The position numbers were made by a program, and so were the translations under genes. Shown here in pieces: positions 49,501-59,000 of a stretch of DNA of 64,000 nt. Position 1 is the stretch's first letter. The number at the start of each line of letters is the position of its first letter. The notes beneath the pieces are model-generated. The model made no database searches. It saw nothing but the letters and a program-made list of their open reading frames with translations, and had not been told where the DNA came from. This DNA comes from a virus: the IMG/VR virus record IMGVR_UViG_3300002925_000017, one strand, 5' to 3'.

Positions 49501-52500
49501 TATTTTGGTTTATCTTTTGCTAAGTCATTTGTTATAAAAGCTATTTTGTTTCTATCTACTCCTTTAATTAAATTTAAAAACCTATCTAAATTCTTTTCAT
49601 CTTCATCAACAAAAAATCCTATAAAGTCACCATTAGTTGTATATTGCACAGGAACTTGATAAGATTCTTTATCTTTTATTCTAGCAAAACTTTTTTCTGA
49701 AGAATCTGATTGAATTTCTTTAGCAGAATATAAATTATATAATGCTTGTGTAGCTTCTGGAACTCCTGTATAACGATTCCTAACAGAAAAACTTTGTTTA
49801 GGAGTTCTTTCTGCAATTATAGTTTCTAAATTCCAATCTATCTGTATATTAGATTTAAAAGGAGCATAATATCCTTCTAAAGTTTTTCCTAATTGTGTTG
49901 TATCGCAAGTTGCTATAACAGGTTTATTTGGATATAATTTATTTAACCAATATAGTAAAATAGGATTAGCATGAGTAGCTTCATCTAATATAATAGCTGA
50001 ATAATTTTCTAACTCTTTTGAATATTTAGGTTTTTCTATTTCTTGTTTTTCTTCTTTACCATTTTTTATATAATGTACTATTACTTTATCGTCTAAATAT
50101 TCTATTTTAGGAACAGCTACATTATCACTATTTGTTTCTATTATTATATTATCAGGTAATACAATTTGTTTATCTCCAAATAGTAATTTTTCTAAATCAT
50201 CGAATGTTCCTCCTCTATTTACGTTTTTAATATTATTTTCTTTTACATAATTATCTATTATATCTCCTTGACTCTCTCTTGGTGTAAAGTATATAAACGA
50301 TTTGTTTTCATCTAATTGAGTTAAATTTTTAAGTATTTGTTGTGTTTTTCCTCCTCCTGCTTTTATATCTACTATAGATAAATTATTTGCAAAAAAAGTA
50401 TATTCTGTTTTTAAATCTTTTAAAAAAGGATTTTGATAAGTAGGGTTTTGTAACTTAGAAAATAATTGGAATAAAGCTGATTCTTGAAAATAAAAAGGAG
50501 CATAATTATTTTCATCATTAAGTAAATTCCTAAGTCTTGCTAAAAAATCATCATAATTTCCTCTTTCTATTTGTATAAGTAAATTAACTAACTCCTCATT
50601 ACTAAGTTCATCATCTTTTGTTTGATAATATTCAAGACCTTTTATATTTTCTATTTTAATATTCTTATCTTTAATAAGATTTTTAACCTCTTTAAATAGT
50701 TCACTTAATTCTTTGTAAACTGACGCAATTTTGTCTGAGTCTTCATCAGGATTTAATAAAGAATTTCTTACTTCTAATTCATCTATTGTTTTAGTATCAG
50801 TATTTAAACTAAACTCTTTTTTTAGTCTATTTTTTATTCTTGAAGATTGAACAATTTGGTCATGTATAATATACTTTAATTTATTTTTTTTATTATCTTC
50901 TGCTATTTCTATAAACTTGTCTATTCTAGATATATAATCTGACAGTTTTGTTTGAAGTAAATCATGTGTTTTTTTGTCTATTACAGTATCTACAATCGAC
51001 AATTTATTATCTTTTAAATATTTTTTTGCTTGTTCTGTTTTTCTAAAATTATTCATACTTGGATTAATAGTCCTTAATGAATAAACATAAGCAGAATATT
51101 TTTTAACTAAAGATTTGAATTTTTCTAAATCGTCTATTATTTCTTGTGTAGAAAAATTAGAAGTATCTTTACTTAATTCTTTAGTTAAATTAAGTTTATT
51201 TTTTATATCACTGAATAAATCGTCTAATTTTTTATTTGTATTAGTTTTTTGTAATTTACTTAGTTTTGTAAATATTTTATGTTTTTTTGAATTTAAAATT
51301 TTATTTATTTCATTTTCTAATTTACTTTTTGTTTTTCTTTGTTTTTCAATATCAAATTTTTTTATTGTTTCAAATAATTTTATTTTATCTTCTAATTTAT
51401 TTTTTTCTTCTTCAAAAATAGAAAAGTAATCTGCAAATTCTTCTTTTTGTAAATCTTGTTCTATAGATTCTTTTTGATTTTTTAAACTTTTAAAGTTATC
51501 TTCAAGAGTTTGTAAATCTATATTATTATCTTTTATTAAATTTTCAATGTATTCTATATTTTTATTTAGAATTTTTAAATCATCTTCAAGTTGATTAATT
51601 TGTGATGTATCATATTTTTTTAATAAATCTTCATCTACTTTAAAATCTTTTAATGAATCTATATAATTATCTATATCATCAAGTTTTTCAAGATTTTCTT
51701 CTACTTCGATATTTTTAAAATAATTATCAAAATCTTCTTGTGTTAAATTATTTATCTTTTTTACATTATCATTATTTAAAAAATTATCATAATCTTTAAT
51801 TGCTTTATTTATATCATCAATTCTTTGATTATATAAATAATCTTTATAAGATTGTTCGTCTAAAGTTCCGTCTTTCTTTAAAAAATCATTTTTAGTTTTA
51901 AGACCAAAATTTTTTGTTATATAAGGTAAAGTACCAAAAAGAGCTTGCCTTACATATTTGTCTAAGTTTTCAAATTTACCATCTTCATCTATTAAATTTT
52001 CTTTAATTTGTTTTTGTAAATCATTATATATTTTTTCTTCTTGTTTTAATTGCAAATTAATACTTTGATTAATTACATCATCATCACCTAATTGCGATTT
52101 AAGATTTTCTATTTTCTTTTTTTGTTCTATAATCTTATTAGTTAAGTCTAAAGCATCTTTTCTTAAACTCGTATGCAATTCTGTATTTATAAAATTATTA
52201 AAAGCAGATTTTACTATATTTTCGCTTAAATCTATATTAAATTTATCTGCATTTAAAGTTTTTATAAAATTATCATTTTTTATAACTTCTCTTCTTATTA
52301 AATCAGATACAAATTTGTTTTGATTTATTGTATTTTTATTTGATGGTTTCCATAATATATTACCTTCTTTTTCTATAGGTTCTACTGATAAATCTTTTGG
52401 AGCAAAAAGACCTTTTTCCTCCATTTTATCAACTTGTTTAAGAATTAAATCAGTTTTGCCTTCTTGTATAAGTTGTATTAATTCTTTTGAAGGAGGTGTA

Positions 52501-54215
52501 GGATTTTTTATTCTATCAAATATTTTAAATCCTGCTCCGGCAATAGAACCGCCTAAAGCTGATAGTACCAATTCCTGACCAAATTCTTTACCCCATAAAT
52601 CTTTAAATTTAAAATCTTTACCTTCTTTATCCTTAGTAGTTCCAAATAAAGAATATAAACTATTATATAACTCTTTTATTCCTTCTGATAAAAATACTTC
52701 AGAAGTTTCTTCTATACCCTCACTTATTGCACCTGCCATAACACTATTAGCTCCATCTTCAGATAATTCTTTTAACCAATTTTCTGATTTTTTAAATACG
52801 TTTTTTGCAACATCTTTCATTAAATTGTAATATCCTTGTTGCTTCGCTTGGTCAGGTAATTCTTTAAGTTTTTCTAATGTTTCATTTATTGGTTTAGCAT
52901 AATCTCTAATAGCTTTTCTTATTAAAGTATCTTCTAAGTTTTTACTATAACTTTTTTCTACTAATTTTTCAAAAGGAGATAACTTATATAAAGCAGAAAA
53001 AGCAGCAGTAGTAGCTAATGATAATAATGCTCTATCTGAAGGAGTTAAATTATTTCTATCTGCTATATCCATCATTTCTTTATTAGCTAAACCTGCATTA
53101 TATATTATTTGTCCCGTTGTACCAAAAGTTTTAGGGTCAGCTTTTAACATTTTAGCTAAGTTGGAAGACATATTCATAACACCAAATTGTGCTCCTAAAT
53201 CTAAACCAATGTTAGAAATCATAGATGTTATACCTTCAAAATTAAAAGGATTTTCTTTCGCTGATTCGGATACTCCAGTACTGAGTTTCCCTAAAATACC
53301 CATAGCCTCGTTTACATTTTTATATCTTTTATCATCTTTGTCTTTTCCAGTAATAACTTGGTCAATAGTTTTTCCATATTCTAATCCTATATCAACTAAA
53401 GTTTTAGCAGCTAAAGCGCTTAAATAATATGTTCCAACTCCCGGTATTAAAGCAGGAGCCCATTTAATAGTTTCTTTTAAAATAGTACTACCCGCTGATT
53501 TTTCTAAATCATCGGATTCTAATGCACCTAAAGGTGTATATTTATTAAGAAAACTATCTTCTTCGGTGAGCATGTTTTCCCATGTTAATATTTCTTTATC
53601 TGATGGGTCTCTACCTGCTAATGTTTCTAAATAAGGTCTCCCTGTTTCAGGGTGAACTTTTGGTAAACCATTTTCATCTTTAGCTAAAACTAAAGTAGGT
53701 AAAGTAAAAGGGTCTAATATTCCACCAATATTACTATCAAGTTTTACAAATTTATTAGCTTCAACATCAAAATATTCATTATGTTGTGCTAATTCCATTA
53801 CTGATTTTGTAGGTCTGGATAATTCATTTGGTCCAACAAAACCAGTAGTTAAATTTAAAGGATTATATACTTGTTTACCTTGTTTTATATCTATCGGATT
53901 AGTAATTACACCAATCCCCATTCTTCTATTACTTGGTGTATCAAAACCTTTTGCTTCTTGAAATTGAAGTATATTAAAATCTTCTTTTTTATAAGTATTG
54001 TAACTTTCTAAAACAGAATTATAATAATCGTCAAATTTTCTTTTACTTGGTTCTCCTTTTTCATCTAAAAACAAAGGATTATTTCTAACTTCATCTAATT
54101 TCCAATAATTTTCATTTTTACCTAATTTAAATTCGTATCCCGATTGTTTAATATCGGCGTAATTGTTTCCTAAATTACCCCTTAATTGATTTAATAACCA
54201 ATCTGTTTCTTTCAT
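40500..54215 (-). CDS. giant single-chain virion RNA polymerase (crAss-like), 4571 aa, with internal SF1 helicase-like domain
   Basis: Catalytic loop TGGDYDVDK (~42519-42540), QRIPLQ, ADGATF, HKSVG...FQKH, ATDNAKEL; helicase-like AGGGKT/DEATH/QGQEFD/YTLVSRA. Confidence 0.88.
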   Translation of the reverse strand: MKETDWLLNQLRGNLGNNYADIKQSGYEFKLGKNENYWKLDEVRNNPLFLDEKGEPSKRKFDDYYNSVLESYNTYKKEDFNILQFQEAKGFDTPSNRRMGIGVITNPIDIKQGKQVYNPLNLTTGFVGPNELSRPTKSVMELAQHNEYFDVEANKFVKLDSNIGGILDPFTLPTLVLAKDENGLPKVHPETGRPYLETLAGRDPSDKEILTWENMLTEEDSFLNKYTPLGALESDDLEKSAGSTILKETIKWAPALIPGVGTYYLSALAAKTLVDIGLEYGKTIDQVITGKDKDDKRYKNVNEAMGILGKLSTGVSESAKENPFNFEGITSMISNIGLDLGAQFGVMNMSSNLAKMLKADPKTFGTTGQIIYNAGLANKEMMDIADRNNLTPSDRALLSLATTAAFSALYKLSPFEKLVEKSYSKNLEDTLIRKAIRDYAKPINETLEKLKELPDQAKQQGYYNLMKDVAKNVFKKSENWLKELSEDGANSVMAGAISEGIEETSEVFLSEGIKELYNSLYSLFGTTKDKEGKDFKFKDLWGKEFGQELVLSALGGSIAGAGFKIFDRIKNPTPPSKELIQLIQEGKTDLILKQVDKMEEKGLFAPKDLSVEPIEKEGNILWKPSNKNTINQNKFVSDLIRREVIKNDNFIKTLNADKFNIDLSENIVKSAFNNFINTELHTSLRKDALDLTNKIIEQKKKIENLKSQLGDDDVINQSINLQLKQEEKIYNDLQKQIKENLIDEDGKFENLDKYVRQALFGTLPYITKNFGLKTKNDFLKKDGTLDEQSYKDYLYNQRIDDINKAIKDYDNFLNNDNVKKINNLTQEDFDNYFKNIEVEENLEKLDDIDNYIDSLKDFKVDEDLLKKYDTSQINQLEDDLKILNKNIEYIENLIKDNNIDLQTLEDNFKSLKNQKESIEQDLQKEEFADYFSIFEEEKNKLEDKIKLFETIKKFDIEKQRKTKSKLENEINKILNSKKHKIFTKLSKLQKTNTNKKLDDLFSDIKNKLNLTKELSKDTSNFSTQEIIDDLEKFKSLVKKYSAYVYSLRTINPSMNNFRKTEQAKKYLKDNKLSIVDTVIDKKTHDLLQTKLSDYISRIDKFIEIAEDNKKNKLKYIIHDQIVQSSRIKNRLKKEFSLNTDTKTIDELEVRNSLLNPDEDSDKIASVYKELSELFKEVKNLIKDKNIKIENIKGLEYYQTKDDELSNEELVNLLIQIERGNYDDFLARLRNLLNDENNYAPFYFQESALFQLFSKLQNPTYQNPFLKDLKTEYTFFANNLSIVDIKAGGGKTQQILKNLTQLDENKSFIYFTPRESQGDIIDNYVKENNIKNVNRGGTFDDLEKLLFGDKQIVLPDNIIIETNSDNVAVPKIEYLDDKVIVHYIKNGKEEKQEIEKPKYSKELENYSAIILDEATHANPILLYWLNKLYPNKPVIATCDTTQLGKTLEGYYAPFKSNIQIDWNLETIIAERTPKQSFSVRNRYTGVPEATQALYNLYSAKEIQSDSSEKSFARIKDKESYQVPVQYTTNGDFIGFFVDEDEKNLDRFLNLIKGVDRNKIAFITNDLAKDKPKYESIGQVFTYDEIQGQEFDYVFILSDKQYQGNYKTHAYLKQLYTLVSRAKKATYYNKPKNFDYQISFNIYKELEKIELTIPLDNDTIQKYKDFKKKSLSNFTTTTPSPKVVLSDEEMDEQVFNDVQKISDQQISIDGEIKDNYEDDSPDNYKNEFVRLFSWYNNKTRAEKLGFNPEIIEKQGKEYYLYTEDKLTILKNAIFFSQGIQEQFDEYLKYFGITDKYDISNLQYKLELIDWKENDVLAKGATQFKPEFLEGVSPKQMLISASFDNITIDLLALPLIDDFRKNPAKNEFGSGEALLYYKNKYGSEIFDILVELREKLINNNNEIILNKDLVNKLFNLKNRGRGKIFKDKEQTFTDFIDNHPAVKISKPFVITQGFKLKGRPAVLYTYNKDIDLSNDESDLSALFEKWYNSDKNSRTQVGLLLLDNIDKSILEIIKEYENRGNLTDSEFIAYLESVTSNDGIIQLMQLVHALLKDINTSNPTVATFLDEFKTNSLLSKISDELDEKEFLSIETAKLDSYLKEKFFDNLSGTNRIFEKIKILPILKLFHKIKKENAETIPLPKEIDRLYNNIQTGLGVKFKKTANRNPKNKIAFIEPTVKTKARISPIEISLDLRFFKDLLNITEDNEFKPTEKTNQEVEKTSINNQSEEEITDEVILDETKDTPKDVLDITEEETQKDLTIKDEIINKEVEEFEEDYADFSSEIKTLEDILNFRFKGIYLLYEFTLDRLYRDIIRPNTFIDFEKGTFIKAKDVNKSILAKKLELISNLAKKIEGLTIEYDKNSIYTINDFLDLDISNEEKIEKILNNRTFNDFYSSQKPEQLFKKYLLEKENKSEKELEVIIDYVDYTILNDFDKFIKYDTNLKSLIKKEKNKYIRKNQDFFEKGYDEDIAIEKFGTSLFINIINNLPLLTKTKEGYIQVGFLQYAKVLNLIDEIKSHPFYSLNHDSLKFVILEKARKEEDPAKRNIYNSLYLFLYNDSDFEYIDRYNKKRTNKSLDSIVSNNKSTLLRLFHSAIENVFVNTNRNYFVSINKQNDSFLVEETKETFKEKSILIDKSNEYYKKLKEDLKFDETEIGLETLQHFEDKYLIQKITGIYFITETGDLTKYGEYFISIYGNSDRVESINLLKKFLIESSNKVGIVSQINKMITENKPVYEIQKFVQSFKKESKFKKLLFETSSKKQVTNISKFKEIIDDFEVISKIINAVDNTEIKSVLINKEGNAVSKFSSMTNTNNFFQRVKNSPQVFKKDLIDKLTIASQNEKFFVGIKQISLNDGVKAGSLVKPHKRMNKNEILYSLINPYYYENLAKNLNSEKAFINSKVYFFPYVGSDSNKEHILSIDLNEIYRVIGKNENLSIDNMSLKQRIDLIEQAFYDNERSYYLNLEKILVEDFKKAEKELNQINNTDVNISNIDDIQKLIVNLTEEEVTNLLYNKGVNVIRGIHYFKKGIREDLINKINLVKNYKKDEFIKIVLGDKDDLKTTDLIYGDAYYLNLLPKNNAKKEIAKYKKLEKDNLYKDFYENNNVLIQVNNKIKINPLDYIFLLENLVVNLPFARRISGDIIQYKGNSIGKSFVENVKRNKMGVSTFMSYYTDLIKNPEGINRYSNIAIIEDPTQVFKSLINKPQNKDYADGATFTLHFAQLKKEISLGGKIGFNPGIHHKSVGVNYDQRTGAVSFQKHNDFTITNEMIRNSYGTKYDWQKYIEQMLSSIQFDEEILVNEKSIYYDVEKDEVVESKPFIAKNMLDIWKGLGGAYTVKEVENGDIKGKYTFTTIKDSNDISRLIHKIEIKNFLDNIKVEVNPIGEFSYNNGIIYYKSQPVSPLDLDDDEYSLYKLFLNKVIEEKKKVIELAQKKSIKGKYIESISFISAVKTGQVNINTSQEVDNKYLFNKGKSLRFMKFDNTTRGIQLASEKSVEESEATLPAQLINATAFGGYTFDKSQKIFNYIKELSLKSIDKKLVELVKKNELKEQERIELINIIRDFLKNSIEEKTVTQLTKEIINYSKTPSFDNRQIVKILLSSFNSYLTKEGIKKKLKGAMLVIKPPTQIYEVDGKIMQGYEYRLYKKQKEKEGIILDVKPRDLKKAELKLKTDRGFIPIEEVSVLDLKNISKELNIKSEFEGLSEQAIFSELLRQADKETTRELENRLQRFINQLVQKDKTYWQATKGEMLAPSLWKRMFYINNNSSINQIKSEDYFKNKVFTNIKAAYDFFNYIGLSDENLINSYLSDESFKFTKEQKQKLVKKLAKGKYQEVKNKKQIKEELLNSFSEMKREQFSKSNQFVTQRIPLQSLASVMVNEIVGFIHTEENTIMLNNDHQILTGGDYDVDKTTIIGYNLNKPNDDIENQIIDSFIDLVNDPRNIIVREKAINVDYLSQISDNYTNNSISLMSNYSLMSKVSMKYDNMLGKEEIGIFATGLKVLSGITASYYKTLELYKSYQDKDKKELFKSILKIPKLTIKIERDNNTSTKTYSMPANLNLDILNEETINFIVKELYSGKSLKELRNELNLQDKAFDILGELLNLATDNAKELKLGGLNSTMTTAPIYSLGSILGIPTEDIAYILNQKNVKSLLETKDINFYSKDVSNLDAVYKNLESKDENLKSFKLLYDKTKEFRIISKLFSINQGLKSDNFAIFQFEQMLIEYMKSKSEKNDKLKKMAEEFDLVRFIENLKGFDDWLQGKEKYDSYSLNYIKEFDKVKDTFNPLYLIAINPHTRAQYEIFASAEKVYRNTALRLNNIKKLLMHFHRNNFIDINRIDEKTFNKLNNIFDNLFIDEFLQKYSNQIKVFNEKGNLFNLANEEDRKEFIRYAEEVFFPALKADPKLMLNEFINNLIEDVDYDIFGKKYTFWKMNENHTDLSNSSKSLKYTSLSLALKSLKNKYIQNNSIYNVLRLYNMLVHRDSLRERAFTRFFDKNDAISIEFNNFLHSKIINNPNMDFSYIDSNEKFVHLLISNNILSISDAKEFEKDLKYINPNKVIMNYNKPQLKKAEKQEKTLRLVNC

Positions 54216-54216
54216 A

Positions 54217-56067
54217 TTATTCTACTGGATTTATACTTTCTACTTTGGTTTCGCTTTGTGTGTTATAATTGAGTTGGTCTTCAACTTGTTCTTTTAATCT
54301 AGCTTCTTGTTGTGGTATAAGTTGTTCGTTTTTATCTTTATTTCTAGCTACAACTCTTGAAGAGGCAGGGAATAAAGCAGTAAATTCTATAAGGTCATCA
54401 CTTCCTTCGTCATATATATTTCTTGTATTTTCTGCTTTTTCTTCTCCTTGTATTTTTCTTTTCATATTTAATATACCCGCAAAAGTATTTTTTAATGTTT
54501 TATCTAATACTGGTTGTGCATAACCTTTTTCTACTTCTTCATCAAGTTCTCCTCCTGTAAACCATCCCGGTTTATCTTTATTAATACCAACAACTTTCAT
54601 CATTATCATTCTTCTTATTTCATGTTTTGTCGGGTCAAATTGTTTTGCTTTTTTTAAACTTTCTTCAGTTCCTATTATTTTATTTGTTTCTTTATCAAAA
54701 GCAACTAAAACTACAGCCGGTCTTCCGACAGGTATTACTTCATCAGATTTAACTTTTATATTATTAAAAGTATATCCTATATTACTAGCAATTAACGGCG
54801 CTCCTGGTTGATTTAAAATAGGACTTTCGTTTAATAATTTATATTCTGTTTTTCCATCAATGTTGGTAATATCTCCTAAATCTGTTCCTATTATATTCAT
54901 TTTATATTGCCCTTCTCCTATTGTAAATGTAAGTTGATTTCCATGACCTAAAATTGCATTTTCAAAAAACCCTATTTTTTCATATTTTTCACTACCTGCA
55001 CCTCCAATTATATTTTTACTAACATCTGTCATTTCAACTTTACCTATTTCACTAGCACTCCAATCGGAATAATCTTTTTTACTTTCTGCTAAGTTTATTA
55101 AAGCACTATACATTTGAGTTTTTAAATTTTCCGGTGTAACCTCTAAACCTAAAGAAATTAATCTACCATAAGCAAAACTATATAAAGTATCTATTTCTTC
55201 TTGACTCATAGCACTTAAACTCATATCAAGAGCGGACTTAACTTGTGCATAATTGCTTTTATTTTTGCTTTCTCTCATTATATCTTGTGCAAATAGTGTA
55301 TTTCCTGCTGCTATTTGTTTTGACACTATATCTATAGCATTTTTATACCTACTTCCTTGTTCAGTGCTTCCCAAAGAAGTAAAATTCTTTCTCCATTTAT
55401 CTATAACATCGTCAATATTTAAACCATAAGTTAATTCTTGTGATAAATTATAATTATGAGAAAGTTTTGGATTTGTATCTCTTTCTTGCCAAAGTTTAGC
55501 TTTTGTAGGTATAATAACTTTACCTTCTCTATATAATTTAATAGCTTCGTTTGGTAACATATCTACTACTTCTCCATTTTGATTAATAACTTTCACTCTA
55601 CCGTCTTTAACATGCATTTGAGATAAATTCTTTTTAGAAGTTGCTATTTTAAAAGATTCGTCTGTTCTATTTTTAGAATTTATTAATTGATTTACCATAG
55701 CAGGTGAAGTTAAATTAGCATAACCATTTAATACTTTTCTAAATTTATCTGTTCCTGATAATATATCTAAATCAGATAAATTTAATAATTCATTATCTAA
55801 TTGATTTTTAATATATTGTATTTGATTAACTTCGTTAGTATGACCTTTGCCTTTTAAATCTTTAAAAAATTCAGTCAAATCTGGTTTTAAAGCATCTTTA
55901 TTTACTCTTGGTTCTTTTGGAGCAAATATAAGATTAGGGTCTGCTGTTAAACTTCCAGCACCAGTGTAAGTATCTGGAATTTCAAAAGGTAGAGGCATTT
56001 GATAAAATCCTCCACCAACAATGCCACCGTATTGAAATTTTTCTTTTTTATTATATTTCAATCTCAT
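54217..56067 (-). CDS. putative internal virion (cargo) protein, 616 aa
   Basis: N-terminal KFQYGG motif; immediately upstream of RNAP in the same operon. Confidence 0.7.
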   Translation of the reverse strand: MRLKYNKKEKFQYGGIVGGGFYQMPLPFEIPDTYTGAGSLTADPNLIFAPKEPRVNKDALKPDLTEFFKDLKGKGHTNEVNQIQYIKNQLDNELLNLSDLDILSGTDKFRKVLNGYANLTSPAMVNQLINSKNRTDESFKIATSKKNLSQMHVKDGRVKVINQNGEVVDMLPNEAIKLYREGKVIIPTKAKLWQERDTNPKLSHNYNLSQELTYGLNIDDVIDKWRKNFTSLGSTEQGSRYKNAIDIVSKQIAAGNTLFAQDIMRESKNKSNYAQVKSALDMSLSAMSQEEIDTLYSFAYGRLISLGLEVTPENLKTQMYSALINLAESKKDYSDWSASEIGKVEMTDVSKNIIGGAGSEKYEKIGFFENAILGHGNQLTFTIGEGQYKMNIIGTDLGDITNIDGKTEYKLLNESPILNQPGAPLIASNIGYTFNNIKVKSDEVIPVGRPAVVLVAFDKETNKIIGTEESLKKAKQFDPTKHEIRRMIMMKVVGINKDKPGWFTGGELDEEVEKGYAQPVLDKTLKNTFAGILNMKRKIQGEEKAENTRNIYDEGSDDLIEFTALFPASSRVVARNKDKNEQLIPQQEARLKEQVEDQLNYNTQSETKVESINPVE

Positions 56068-59000
56068 TTTTTTAATATGTTTTTAACTATTTGCCAAAGT
56101 CTTGCATTATTTACGCGGTCTGCTCTTTCTTTACTTATTATATATCTTTCTATTAATTTAGCTTTGTTTTTTTCTTCATTTTGCATTTTTTTTAGCTGTG
56201 ACTCTAGTTGTTTTTTATAAAGATGAAATTCTTTTTTTTCATCTAAAGTAAGACCTCCTTTTTTCAATAATCCTCCTTTTTTTCTAACGTAAAAAGGAGT
56301 ACTAAGATAAGGTTTTTTATTTCTATAAGCACCAGATTCAGTATATAAAGGATTAATTTTTAAGAAATTTATTTCATTTCTCATTTGTTCATCAAGTTGT
56401 TCTACATTACTACCAAGATATTGTTTGTATTTTTCTTTATATTCTTTTTCTATATCTATTGTTTCCTTTTTTTGTTTTTCTAATTCTTGTAACTTTACAT
56501 TTAATTGTTTTTGTATTTCATCGGCTTCTGAAGTACCTAAATTTTGATTATATAAACTTTTTAAAGTTTCAGCTTCTTGTTGTAATGTATCTAATTTATT
56601 TTTACTAATTTTATATTTATTTATTAGTTCAAGATTTTCTTTTTCAAATAATTCCATTTTATCTTGTTTTAACGCTTTTGCATATAATTCAGCATTTTTT
56701 CTATTATTTATCAAATCTCTATCTGTTTGTCCTCCTTTAATTACTGCATCATAAGCTAAATTACTAAAATTAATCATATTTTTCATGTCCGTCATTGCTT
56801 TTGCAGAAGCAATATTATTATCAAGTCTTCTTTGTTCATTATCATATAATAATTTTCTATTTTTTTCTTTATTTAACTCTGCATTTACTCTTATATTTTC
56901 AGATAGATTACGTTCTTTAATTTTTTGATTTATATCTTCTCTTTGTCTATCTAAATTAGCTTGATAAGCCATAGCATTTTGCATCATGCCTGTCGCATCA
57001 GTATTTTTAAATTGATTTAACATTGCTCTTTGAGCTCTTGTGAAGTCTTTTTCGTTTTGAGTATTATCATAATACCGTTGAGGCAATATCATATTATACC
57101 TAAATTGTTCTCTTTGAAGTTTAGGATAATAATTTTTAGCTGCAAAATTTTGTATTGCTAATTTAGTTTGATTAAGAAAATCTTCTCTTGTTAAAGGAAA
57201 TCTTCCCGGTTGGTCTTCTATTAAAACTTTATTATTTGATTCGGATTTGTTTACTACTCTATTTAAATTATTTTGATTTAAACCAGTTGTGTTAGTTGTT
57301 TGCGTATTACTAACTGTATTTTGATTGTTATTATTACCAACTGTGTTTTGATTATTAACGCTGTTAACAATATTTTCATTATTACTATTATTGATAGTAT
57401 TTTGATTGTTGTTATTATTAACAGTATTTTGATTATTAATTTCTGTCGTTGTGTTTGTAGAAGTTTGATTTGTTAATTTTGTAGAATTTTGATTAGAAGA
57501 GTCAGTATCAGGTTTTAAGCCTAATCTGACTCTTTCTTCAACACTTAAAGCATTATATTCCTCTTGTGTATATTTTTTACCTGTATTATCTACCCAACCT
57601 CCTAAATTAAACTTTTTTTTTTAAATAACAAACCACCTCTTTTAAAAGAAGGTAAACTTTCTTCTTTCATTTTAGGTATGTAACCTAATTTTTTAGCAAT
57701 AAAATGGTTTCTTTTCATAAGATAATCACCTTCTTTTCTTAATTTAGCTGAATTTACTTTTCTTCCGTTTAAATCTTTATCTTTCTTAAATTCATTATTA
57801 GTAGCAAATTTACCATATAAATTTGGTGAATCTTTCATCATTTCTTTATTTTCTTCTCTTTGATTTTCTAATTGTTTTAAAATTTCTTTCATTCTATATT
57901 CATTGTTTAAATATTCTTTCTCTAAAAATTCTTTATATGCTAAACCTCCGTTATCCATTATACCACCTTTTTTCTTAGTAGTAGGTGGTCCTAAAAGAGC
58001 TGGTCCAAAAGTATTATTATTTGAACTACCTCCTCCAATTTGACTTGGTTGAGGAGAATTAGCAGGATACGATGTTGAAGGAACTTTTATAGGTGCAGGT
58101 TTTGTAACTGCTTTTTTTGCAAACTTCTTAGCTAAATATTTTAATCCACTCTTTAATGCTTTAGCACCTAATCCAACACCACTACCTATTGCTAAAGCCC
58201 AAGTTGCATAATCAATAACGTCTTCTTTATTTTCATTTGCCCATTTAAAAAGAGAATCAACAACTCCATTCTTTTCATTTTTTTGTGTTGAAGATTCTTC
58301 TCCTCTACTAATACCTTCTGTCCAATTAACTGTATTTGGAGAAGGAGAAGGAGGTGTAGGTACTTTTTTATCTTTATTCATTCCTTCGGTCGCCCACTCA
58401 CTAACATTTTTATAAATTTTTCCTACGTTTGGTTGATAATTTTTATCAACTGGTTTATAATTTTCATCAAGTAAACCTCTATTTTTTAATATTTCTAATA
58501 TTTCTTTATGTAAAACATCTTGGTCTTTTCTTTGTGCTCCATTTTTTGATAACCATAATTCACGATAAGCATCTTGTATATGTTTGGGCATTGATTTAAA
58601 CCATAAAATTCTTTCATTACCATCATTTTTGTTGCTTTCTTTTTTTACTTTAATTTTACCTTTAGACCCTTCTTCTTTTTTTACTTCTATTTTATCTTTA
58701 TCATCTTCTTGAACTTCAGTTTTTATTTCTTGATTTTCTTTTTTATTATTTTCAATATTAGAATTATTTTCTTGATTATTAGTATTAGTTTGTTCTTTTA
58801 CTGTTTCTTTCTTTTCATAACCGAATATTTGTTTTTTATCTTCATCACTTAAACTATTAAATAAAGAACCAATAGCAGTTACTGCTTTATCTACTTTATT
58901 TTCACCAGCCGTAAATAATCTTTTTGCTAAACTTGGTTTTTGTACTTCACCAAAATAAAAATCTGCTTTTCCTTGTGCTGCAGAATATCCTCCTTCTCTT

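Noticed and set aside
57300-57445. CRISPR-like or DGR-type repeat
   Set aside because: Units are short, degenerate and codon-phased coding repeats; there are no spacers, no cas genes and no reverse transcriptase
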